Positions 14,714 to 22,644 of a stretch of 30,500 nt of DNA are shown one piece after another. Position 1 is the first letter of the stretch. Each line of letters starts with the position of its first letter. The position numbers and the translations under genes are program-made. Location: positions 1 through 30,500 of IMG/VR virus record IMGVR_UViG_3300046000_008568. One strand, 5' to 3'. The notes beneath the pieces are model-generated. The model saw only the letters and a list, made by a program, of their open reading frames with translations, did no database searches and had not been told where the DNA came from. Origin of the DNA: a virus (lineage: Duplodnaviria > Heunggongvirae > Uroviricota > Caudoviricetes).

Positions 14714-16576
14714 ATGATAGATACATCCTTATTTGGTAGATTAAAACGATTATTCTCAAACGACGTAATCATTAGGAACGTTGGTGGGAGCCAAATACAA
14801 GTAATAGACAGTGATCACATCCAAGCAACTGGTGTGGTACAAACCAATATGTACCCGGAAAGATACCAACGTATCTATACTGGAGGTTTAGGCACATATG
14901 TTGGTAACTCTCCCTACTCCAACTATACAGTATTAAGACCTCAACTATATAATGATTATGAGGTAATGGATGGTGACCCAATTGTTGCTTCTGTATTAGA
15001 TATTGTAGCAGATGAGTCTACATTGAAAAATGGAGCAGGTGAAGTATTAGCTATTAAATCTGCTGACGAAAATATTCAAAGAATATTATACAATTTATTT
15101 TACGATGTACTTAATATCGAATTTAACCTTTGGGGTTGGGTTCGTTCAATGTGTAAGTATGGTGATTTTTATTTACATATGCATATTGCTGAAAAGTATG
15201 GTGTGTATCAAGTTGTTCCACTTAACGTTTATAACGTAATTAGAGAAGAAGGGTTAGATCCTAAAAATCCATCATATGTTCAATTTAGAGTTGAACCAAA
15301 TGCAGCATATACAGGTGTATTAGGTGGGTTAGATAATAAAGACATGGTTTTTGAAAACTATGAGGTAGCCAACTTCAGACTATTAGGTGATTATAACTTT
15401 CTACCTTATGGAAGATCATATATCGAACCAGCTCGTAAAATATTTAAGCAATTAGCGTTGATGGAAGATGCAATGTTAATTCACCGTATATTAAGAGCAC
15501 CACAACGTAGAGTTTATTACGTGGATACTGGAAATGTTCCACCAAATGAAATTCCTGCGTTCATGGAAAAATTAAAAGGACAAACTCAACGTACTCCTAT
15601 GGTTGATCCAAAAACAGGTGAATACAATTTACGTTACAACATGATGACTGTAAATGAGGATTTCTATATACCTGTTAGAGGTGGAAACACATCAACTAAA
15701 ATTGATACTTTACCTGGTCTTGAATACAACGCTATTGATGATGTTGTTTACTTAAGAGACAAAATGTTATCTGCTATGAAAGTGCCAAAAGCATTTTTAG
15801 GATATGAAGCAGATGTTGAAGGTAAATCTACATTAGCACAACAAGATATTCGTTTTGCTCGTACAATTGAGCGTATTCAACGTATTGTTGTATCTGAATT
15901 AACTAAAATAGCATTAGTTCACTTATATGCTCAAGGGTATACTGATGAGAACTTAACAAACTTTGAATTAGAATTAACTACTCCATCTATTGTTTACGAT
16001 CAAGAAAGAGTAGCATTAATGAAAGAAAAAGTTGATTTGGCTAAACAAATCATGGATGCTAGTTTATTCCCAACTGACTATATTTACGATTATTTATTCC
16101 ATATGAGTGAAGACAAATATGATGACATGAGAGATCTTGTTGTTGAAGATAAAAAACGTATGTTTAGATTATCTCAAATTGAAAACGAAGGTAATGACCC
16201 TGTTACAAGTGGTCAATCATATGGAACACCACATGATCTTGCTTCACTGTATGGTAAAGGAAGAAACGATATGGGTGTACCACCACCATATGATGAAGAA
16301 GTACCTGTTGGAAGACCACAAGAAAAAACATCTGTTTATAATACACAAAAACGTATATTAGGTAAAGATCCACTTGGTAAATCTAGAGATCTTAACCCGG
16401 ATACACCAGCGGCTCCAACCCCTAAAGGTGGTTCACCATTAGCGCTTGAGTCAACTAAAGCAATATATGCACAAAATAAACAAATGCTTAGTGAAATGTT
16501 TGTTAAATCTAATGTATTTAGTAAAGAAGAAACAGGTTCCTCATTATTAGATGAATCAAATCTTAAAGATCTATAA
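14714..16576 (+). CDS. portal protein (T4 gp20-like)
   Basis: LMEDAMLIHRILRAPQRRVYYVDTGN, EDFYIPVRG..TKIDTLPG and DIRFARTIERIQ are gp20-family motifs. Directly follows TerL. Confidence 0.93.
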   Translation: MIDTSLFGRLKRLFSNDVIIRNVGGSQIQVIDSDHIQATGVVQTNMYPERYQRIYTGGLGTYVGNSPYSNYTVLRPQLYNDYEVMDGDPIVASVLDIVADESTLKNGAGEVLAIKSADENIQRILYNLFYDVLNIEFNLWGWVRSMCKYGDFYLHMHIAEKYGVYQVVPLNVYNVIREEGLDPKNPSYVQFRVEPNAAYTGVLGGLDNKDMVFENYEVANFRLLGDYNFLPYGRSYIEPARKIFKQLALMEDAMLIHRILRAPQRRVYYVDTGNVPPNEIPAFMEKLKGQTQRTPMVDPKTGEYNLRYNMMTVNEDFYIPVRGGNTSTKIDTLPGLEYNAIDDVVYLRDKMLSAMKVPKAFLGYEADVEGKSTLAQQDIRFARTIERIQRIVVSELTKIALVHLYAQGYTDENLTNFELELTTPSIVYDQERVALMKEKVDLAKQIMDASLFPTDYIYDYLFHMSEDKYDDMRDLVVEDKKRMFRLSQIENEGNDPVTSGQSYGTPHDLASLYGKGRNDMGVPPPYDEEVPVGRPQEKTSVYNTQKRILGKDPLGKSRDLNPDTPAAPTPKGGSPLALESTKAIYAQNKQMLSEMFVKSNVFSKEETGSSLLDESNLKDL

Positions 16577-16610
16577 ACAAATACATATTTATAAACAGTA
16601 AATTAACAGA

Positions 16611-17462
16611 GTGAAACTAAAACATAACAAATTTAAGAACACTGGTATATTATTTGAATTACTTACCAGACAGATCACCGCAGATATTATGTCTAATAAA
16701 GACTCCGCGGCTGTTGGTATTGTTAAAAAATATTTTTCTAAAGGGGAAATAGGCAAAGAATACAAATTATACCAAGCTTTAACTAAGGCTGCTTCTTTAA
16801 ACGAAGTAAAAGCTGAAAGTATTATATCCTCTACAATTAAGTTAGCGGAACGATTAAATCGTACTGCTTTACGTAAGGAAAAATATAACCTTATTAAGGA
16901 ACTTAAGCAACATTACGATTTAGAGGAATTTTTTAAAGCAAAAATTCATAACTATAAGGCACATGCCTCTATTTATAATTTAATTGAAGCTCAAATATCA
17001 TTAGAATTTATAGATCCATCATTTATAATTGATAACAAAATAACTTTACTTGAATTCTTGACAAAACAAGATATAGATAAGGATAAAGTTGAAAATCAAG
17101 TGATGCTTGAATATGCCTCTCATGATAAAGCAACTCGTGCTTTGATTTCACAAATAATGATTGAGAAATTTAATGAAAAATATGCTAATTTAATACCGGA
17201 ACAACGTGAAGTATTAAGAGTATACATTAATAAAATCTCTAATACTGTTTCTTTAAAAGAATTCATTAATGAAAACTTAGAAAGTATTAAAAATTCATTA
17301 GAATTATTACAACATAAAGTAGCAGATCAAAGAACAAAAATTAAACTTAAAGAGTTAGCATCTATAATTAAACCTTTAGATAAAAACGAACAAGTACAAG
17401 ACGAGGACATATTAAATATCCTCCAGTTTCATGAATTAATCCATGAAATAAAAGCTCTATGA
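16611..17462 (+). CDS. helical head-module protein of unknown function
   Basis: 283 aa, GTG start, N-terminal KHNKFKNTGILFELL. Lies after the portal with ATATTTAT at 16585-16592. Confidence 0.75.
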   Translation: MKLKHNKFKNTGILFELLTRQITADIMSNKDSAAVGIVKKYFSKGEIGKEYKLYQALTKAASLNEVKAESIISSTIKLAERLNRTALRKEKYNLIKELKQHYDLEEFFKAKIHNYKAHASIYNLIEAQISLEFIDPSFIIDNKITLLEFLTKQDIDKDKVENQVMLEYASHDKATRALISQIMIEKFNEKYANLIPEQREVLRVYINKISNTVSLKEFINENLESIKNSLELLQHKVADQRTKIKLKELASIIKPLDKNEQVQDEDILNILQFHELIHEIKAL

Positions 17463-17983
17463 TACCAGACAACATTAAAAAAATAATAGACGAATTACTT
17501 GATAGTGTTCTTTCAGAAGATGGTGGGGGTAGTGTTAGTACTACCGCTAGCGCTGGTGGTGAATATACTGGAAAATATTTTGGAGGTAAAGCAGATATTA
17601 GCACATATACTAAAGACGGATTTAAAAAAGTAAAACCGGGTATGCCTTCTGATTCTAAAATATATGATTACAAACAATTCCCATCAACTCCAAAACCAAA
17701 ATCTGTTAAACTTTATAAAGAAGAACAATTAAACGAAATATCTTATCGTCGTTTTAATGAAAATGTTTCTAAAGTAACTCCGGAACGTAAAATTACTCGC
17801 GCATTAGGTGAAGTAAAAAAGCGTATTAAAGAAATTGAGCAAGTAATTGAATATTCTGCTCGATTAAAAGACGAAAATGCAGTAAAAAAAGATACATTTT
17901 GGACATCTAAAGTAGAACAACTTAATGATTTGTCTGAAAGATTACATGAGTTATCTCAAAACGTTAAAAAACTATCAAAATAA
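17459..17983 (+). CDS. hypothetical protein, candidate prohead core/internal protein
   Basis: N-terminal IKKIIDELLDSVLSE helix, LNE site and coiled-coil C-terminus. ATGA-coupled. Confidence 0.7.
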   Translation: MIPDNIKKIIDELLDSVLSEDGGGSVSTTASAGGEYTGKYFGGKADISTYTKDGFKKVKPGMPSDSKIYDYKQFPSTPKPKSVKLYKEEQLNEISYRRFNENVSKVTPERKITRALGEVKKRIKEIEQVIEYSARLKDENAVKKDTFWTSKVEQLNDLSERLHELSQNVKKLSK

Positions 17984-18510
17984 TGAAAGACGAAAGTAAA
18001 AAAGTATTAAGTAAAGACCAACTTAAATCTAAATTAGACGAACTAGGCGATGAAATTAAATATCGTGTAGAAGAAGCTAAAAAATCTGGTGCTAGTATTG
18101 GTGGTGCTCATAAAACTGACATTGGTGAGTTAATGAAAGATTATCGCATAATGAAAGAAGCATATGGTCGTATATTAAACACTGAAAAAGAATCTTTACA
18201 ACTTGAAGATATTTTATCTACATTAGCTGAAGAAAAAGAAGAAGATTCTAAAAAAGTAAAGGAAAGAGAAGAAATTCAAGTATCTAGAATAGATTCATTT
18301 GGTGAACTTATTGAACTAGTTACTAAAATTAAATCTGCTTTACCTAAAGCTAAAAAAGAAACTGAAAAATATTATAAAACAAATCCTAAATCATACGCTG
18401 TAGTATTTCCTACTGACCAAATGAAAAAAGATTTAGAAGATATATTAGAAAAATTAGTAGGAAAAGATGAAACTGTTGACGAAAGCGTTGACGATAATAC
18501 TGAAGAATAA
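17983..18510 (+). CDS. hypothetical charged helical protein, candidate prohead core protein
   Basis: 175 aa, Lys/Glu rich, TAATG-coupled on both sides. Confidence 0.7.
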   Translation: MKDESKKVLSKDQLKSKLDELGDEIKYRVEEAKKSGASIGGAHKTDIGELMKDYRIMKEAYGRILNTEKESLQLEDILSTLAEEKEEDSKKVKEREEIQVSRIDSFGELIELVTKIKSALPKAKKETEKYYKTNPKSYAVVFPTDQMKKDLEDILEKLVGKDETVDESVDDNTEE

Positions 18511-19853
18511 TGAAAAACATTAGCACTCAATACCAAGAGTTACAAGAAGGTAGAATGACCAAACATCAATTTTTGCGTAATGCAAGAATGATGTTTCCTA
18601 GTTTTGTTACTAACCAAAACTCATTTGCTGATTCAGTAGCTATCCTAAAAACTAAAGGAATGCTAGTAGAAGGGGATGCTGTTAAAGGTACACCTGATAA
18701 AGAACCAACATACGATTCACCAACACCAGATGCTAAAACTAAATACAAAAAAGTTGAGCAATCTCCTGAGGTAGATGAACAAGATGGTATTTATCCTGCT
18801 ACAACATTAACTGATATACCAAAAATTAAAGCAAATAAAAAAGTTAAAGATACATCTTCTGGTTTAGAGCCTATTAAAAACAACGATACTAAAAACGAAT
18901 TAAAAAAAGTTAAAGTCGTTAAAGAAGGTGTTGATACTGAGATTAAAAAATTAATTGATACTAAAAAAATTGATCCTGCAAAAGTAAAAGCAGCAGCTGA
19001 AAAAGCAATGCGTGGTGATTCAACTGAATTAGCTTTTCTAATGGCTTTTGGTGACAAAGCAAAACCAGTTGGAGAAAATGTATCACCTGAAGATCTTAAA
19101 GGCGCTGAAAAAGAAATTACTAAAAACGACGCTTCTATTCAAACAATGGCTGATAGATTAGGTATATCTCAAGAAGAATTATTTAAAATGCTATTGAAAC
19201 GTTTAGGTGGTTTAAAAGAATACAACAGCTACGATGACGAACCGTACTATAGCGATGTGCCAAAATCAACTCCAAATAAAGATTGGGATACTGATGATGA
19301 TGTATCAGATAGATATGATGACTATGAAGATATAGATGAGAATGAAAAATCATTTGACGACGTTTTAAAAAATTTCTTAGACACAGACAATTCTACTGAA
19401 ATTAAAGCATATCTTAAAGCAAAAGGTAGAGATGCTATTACTAAAATTAAAGCTAAATTACCTGCACTTAAAGATCAAGCTAGACAAAAATTAGCTAAAT
19501 TAATGAAAATTGAATTAGACGAATCTAGACTTAATAAAGAAGCTCAAACCCAAACCCCGGCAGATGCAACATCGGTAACAGCGTTACTTGGTAGAGTACC
19601 TATGATTGATCAAAAACTTCAATTAATTAATAATGCTGCTGAATTACAACCTATATTTGATTATATTTTAGATAGAGTTAATCCTTCTTTAGAAACTAGT
19701 GTTACTCAATTAAGAACAGCTCTTAACCAAGCAATACAAGTTAATCTAGATACTAAAAAATCAGAAAAATCAGGGAATAATAATATCAAAGAAAGACTAA
19801 AACCGGCAATAACAAAACTAGTTCAAGAAGTACTAGACGAAATGGGTCAATAA
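18510..19853 (+). CDS. modular protein, candidate prohead core/internal protein
   Basis: 447 aa with LVE, VKE, VGE, LKE, IDE and LDE sites and C-terminal RLKPAITKLVQEVLDE helix. Immediately precedes the protease. Confidence 0.7.
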   Translation: MKNISTQYQELQEGRMTKHQFLRNARMMFPSFVTNQNSFADSVAILKTKGMLVEGDAVKGTPDKEPTYDSPTPDAKTKYKKVEQSPEVDEQDGIYPATTLTDIPKIKANKKVKDTSSGLEPIKNNDTKNELKKVKVVKEGVDTEIKKLIDTKKIDPAKVKAAAEKAMRGDSTELAFLMAFGDKAKPVGENVSPEDLKGAEKEITKNDASIQTMADRLGISQEELFKMLLKRLGGLKEYNSYDDEPYYSDVPKSTPNKDWDTDDDVSDRYDDYEDIDENEKSFDDVLKNFLDTDNSTEIKAYLKAKGRDAITKIKAKLPALKDQARQKLAKLMKIELDESRLNKEAQTQTPADATSVTALLGRVPMIDQKLQLINNAAELQPIFDYILDRVNPSLETSVTQLRTALNQAIQVNLDTKKSEKSGNNNIKERLKPAITKLVQEVLDEMGQ

Positions 19854-19854
19854 T

Positions 19855-20496
19855 ATGAGCAAACAACTATTAATAGAACGTATTTCCAATTTTACTTTAA
19901 CGCCCCAACTATTACAAGAGTCAGTTAGAGTAAATAAAGGCCGTCTTATTGTTGAAGGAGTAGTACAACGTGCTAATGCTGAAAACGGTAATAGACGTGT
20001 TTATCCTGAGGATACTTTAAGAAGAGAAGTACAGAAATATAAAGACACATATATTAAGGAAAATAGAGCATTAGGTGAATTAGATCATCCTGAATCTCCA
20101 ATTATCAATTTAAAAAATGTATGTCATAATATATTAGATTTATGGTGGCAAGGTGATGATGTAATGGGTAAAATTGAAATATTACCTACACCATCTGGAA
20201 ACATATTAAAAGAATTACTTTTAGCAGGTATTACTGTTGGTATTTCTTCTCGTGCTATGGGGTCTGTAAAACAAATTGGTGAAACAGTTGAAGTACAAGA
20301 CGATTTAGATATCGTATGTTGGGATTTTGTTTCAACACCATCAACACAAGGTGCGTTTATGGAAATTGTAAATGAATCTCTTAATCATAATGCACCAAAA
20401 CAACAACCACAATTGCAAAAAATTAACGAATTAATAACAGATATTCTTTGCAACAGAGCTGGATTTTGCTCTTGCGATTTACCAAATACCAAATAA
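19855..20496 (+). CDS. prohead core protease (T4 gp21-like)
   Basis: NGNRRVYP, ALGELDHP (catalytic His), GISSRAMGS (catalytic Ser) and WDFVSTPST. Confidence 0.95.
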   Translation: MSKQLLIERISNFTLTPQLLQESVRVNKGRLIVEGVVQRANAENGNRRVYPEDTLRREVQKYKDTYIKENRALGELDHPESPIINLKNVCHNILDLWWQGDDVMGKIEILPTPSGNILKELLLAGITVGISSRAMGSVKQIGETVEVQDDLDIVCWDFVSTPSTQGAFMEIVNESLNHNAPKQQPQLQKINELITDILCNRAGFCSCDLPNTK

Positions 20497-20497
20497 C

Positions 20498-20869
20498 ATG
20501 GAAGAATTAGCATCAATTTTATTACACTCACAAACACAAACTCATATATTTCATTTAGGAGTAAGTGGAGCTGGAGCATATGCTGCTCATAAAGCACTTC
20601 AAAAATATTATGAAAGTATTGACGGTGTAGTTGATGGGTTAGTTGAATCCTACCAAGGTAAAAATGGATTAATCGAATTTAAACCAGTAATGGGGTTAGA
20701 TAATAATTGTGATACAAGAAACATAATTGCTTATTTTGATAAAATATGTGCTATTGTAAAAACATTACGTCAAGCTCCTGATCTAGCTGATAGTTATATT
20801 CAAAATCAAATAGACACGGTTGAAGATTTAATATACTCAACTAAATATAAATTAATAAACTTACAATAA
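20498..20869 (+). CDS. ferritin/Dps-like four-helix protein
   Basis: HIFHL...YAAHKAL.KYY...DGLVESYQG and terminal YKL pattern, with His/Asp/Glu spacing like Dps ferroxidase helices. Confidence 0.7.
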   Translation: MEELASILLHSQTQTHIFHLGVSGAGAYAAHKALQKYYESIDGVVDGLVESYQGKNGLIEFKPVMGLDNNCDTRNIIAYFDKICAIVKTLRQAPDLADSYIQNQIDTVEDLIYSTKYKLINLQ

Positions 20870-20870
20870 T

Positions 20871-21146
20871 ATGCCATTTCCATCAGCTGTCCTAGTACTA
20901 GCAGGACAATCAATAACAGGCTCATATAATAGATTTCAAGTACTAGCTTCGGGTTCAGTAGTATCCGCAGGAGGATCAGCATTTGCAGTTGGTCATATTT
21001 CTGCATTAAGAGATGGTAATGGAAATGCCTTTACCTTTTCTACAAGTTCCGGAATATTCTTACCTCCAGGTACAGTTGTAGATTTAATGATAACAAGCGC
21101 TTCTTTAGATACAACAAGTGCTCCAATAATGTTTTTTCAAGTATAA
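20871..21146 (+). CDS. small beta-rich protein, candidate capsid decoration
   Basis: 91 aa, Ser/Gly/Thr rich, with TGSY, SGSV, TSSG and SASL motifs. Tightly packed in the head operon. Confidence 0.55.
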   Translation: MPFPSAVLVLAGQSITGSYNRFQVLASGSVVSAGGSAFAVGHISALRDGNGNAFTFSTSSGIFLPPGTVVDLMITSASLDTTSAPIMFFQV

Positions 21147-21164
21147 AATAATAAATTTATTCCA

Positions 21165-21311
21165 ATGGCAGCAAAGGCAAAAACCAGTTCCGTTATTAGT
21201 TATATAGCGAAACCAAAAAGAAAAAGACCAGGTGTTCATTCAAAAAATAAAACATCTAAGTTAAAAAATTCAAAAAATTACAAAAAACTATATATAGGTC
21301 AAGGAAATTAA
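21165..21311 (+). CDS. 48-aa highly basic protein (not in the ORF track)
   Basis: Hand translation MAAKAKTSSVISYIAKPKRKRPGVHSKNKTSKLKNSKNYKKLYIGQGN*. It fills the gap before a terminator. Confidence 0.8.
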   Translation: MAAKAKTSSVISYIAKPKRKRPGVHSKNKTSKLKNSKNYKKLYIGQGN

Positions 21312-21316
21312 AAAAG

Positions 21317-21341
21317 AACCGCAACGATGTTGCGGTTTTTT
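21317..21341 (+). terminator. intrinsic terminator, possibly bidirectional
   Basis: Perfect stem AACCGCAAC-GAT-GTTGCGGTT, flanked by an A run and a T run. Confidence 0.85.
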
Positions 21342-21352
21342 ATTTTATACAT

Positions 21353-21464
21353 ATATTTATTAAGGACCAATGAGATATCCTTATATATCTCGTCACTACA
21401 AACACAAATCCCTATTAAGCTTTTACTCAATAAGCTTATTCCACAAAACAAATTTTAGGAAAAA
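21353..21464 (+). promoter_or_regulatory. late-promoter motif plus structured 5' leader of the scaffold-capsid operon
   Basis: ATATTTAT at 21353-60, hairpins at 21372-91 and 21416-38, and a weaker one at 21439-61. Confidence 0.6.
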
Positions 21465-22634
21465 ATGAAAGACACAAAAGCCCTTTTAAAGGAAGCTATT
21501 GCTGATGCTAAAGCCGTTCGTGAAACCGCTCTTACACAAGCAAAACTTGCTCTTGAAGAAGCCTTCGCTCCACGTCTACAGTCAATGTTCTCTGCTCGAT
21601 TAAGAGAAGAATATGAAGCTGAAGGTCAAATGGATGAAGAATTCGACGAAAACATGATGAATGATATCCCTATGGAGGGACATGACCAAGACAACTCTAT
21701 AGACGAAATCGACCTTGACGAAATTCTTGCAGAATTAGAAAATGAATTAAACGAAGCAAAAGACGAAGACGAAGAAGAAATGATCGACGCTGAAGAAGAT
21801 GCTGAAGACATTGAAGATGATGCTAAAGAAGACGAAGAAGAGGAAAAAGAAGTTAAAGACTTATCTATGGATGAGTTAGAAAGTTTAATTAAAGACATCA
21901 TCTCTCAGGAAACTGGAGGTGCTGGTGACGGAGAAGGCTACGAAGACGAAGCTGAAGTTGACGCTATGGATATGGCTGGTGATGCAGAAATAGCTGCAGA
22001 CGAGGAAGACATAAATTTAGAAGAAGACTTAGACGACATCTTAGCTGAGTTATTAGGTGAAAAAAGAGAAAGCCGTGCTGAAAGATCTAAAGTAGACAAA
22101 TATGAATACGAAAAAGGTAAAAAAGCAGGTGAATTAGACGAACGTAAAAAACAAGGCTACGACGATCGTGAAGACGAAAGAGAAGCAGGAAAACATGGTA
22201 AAATAGGTTCAAAAGATCTTAATACTACTAAAGCCCGCAGAGATGATGCCGGATTTGAGAAAAGAATGAATGAAGAATTAGCATTAGCTTTAGAAGCTGT
22301 TAAAACTCTTCGTACTGAACTTAATGAAGTTAATCTATTAAACGCTAAGTTACTTTACGTTAATAAAATCTTTAACGCTAAAAACTTAAACGAGTCACAA
22401 AAATTAAAAGTTGTGAAAGCATTTGACAAAGCAGAATCTGCTAAAGAAGCTAAATTAGTATATGAGTCACTTTCAGAAGCATTCGTTGCTCCTACTAAAG
22501 GTAAAACTCAATTGAAAGAATCATTAGGATTCGCTTCTAAAGCTGCAGGTATGGCTCCTAGAAAACTAATCGTTGAAAACAACGAATGGATAACTAGAAT
22601 GCAAAAATTAGCAAACATAAACCAAACAAATTAA
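21465..22634 (+). CDS. prohead scaffold/core protein (T4 gp22 analogue)
   Basis: Very acidic, helical, LLKEAIADAKAVR N-terminus, EVNLLNAKLLY coiled coil and RMQKLANI C-terminus. Directly upstream of the MCP. Confidence 0.85.
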   Translation: MKDTKALLKEAIADAKAVRETALTQAKLALEEAFAPRLQSMFSARLREEYEAEGQMDEEFDENMMNDIPMEGHDQDNSIDEIDLDEILAELENELNEAKDEDEEEMIDAEEDAEDIEDDAKEDEEEEKEVKDLSMDELESLIKDIISQETGGAGDGEGYEDEAEVDAMDMAGDAEIAADEEDINLEEDLDDILAELLGEKRESRAERSKVDKYEYEKGKKAGELDERKKQGYDDREDEREAGKHGKIGSKDLNTTKARRDDAGFEKRMNEELALALEAVKTLRTELNEVNLLNAKLLYVNKIFNAKNLNESQKLKVVKAFDKAESAKEAKLVYESLSEAFVAPTKGKTQLKESLGFASKAAGMAPRKLIVENNEWITRMQKLANINQTN

Positions 22635-22644
22635 AATTAAAAAA

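Noticed and set aside
1112-16361. Nested + strand ORFs 1112-1309 and 16137-16361
   Set aside because: Alternative-frame by-products inside long genes, with the composition expected of frame-shifted AT-rich codons.
21165-21311. Phage-encoded ribosomal protein bS21, known near head genes in some large Bacteroidota phages
   Set aside because: The peptide lacks the bS21 pattern (ALKRFKRK...F.KPS..RR), and no bS21 is visible elsewhere in the window.
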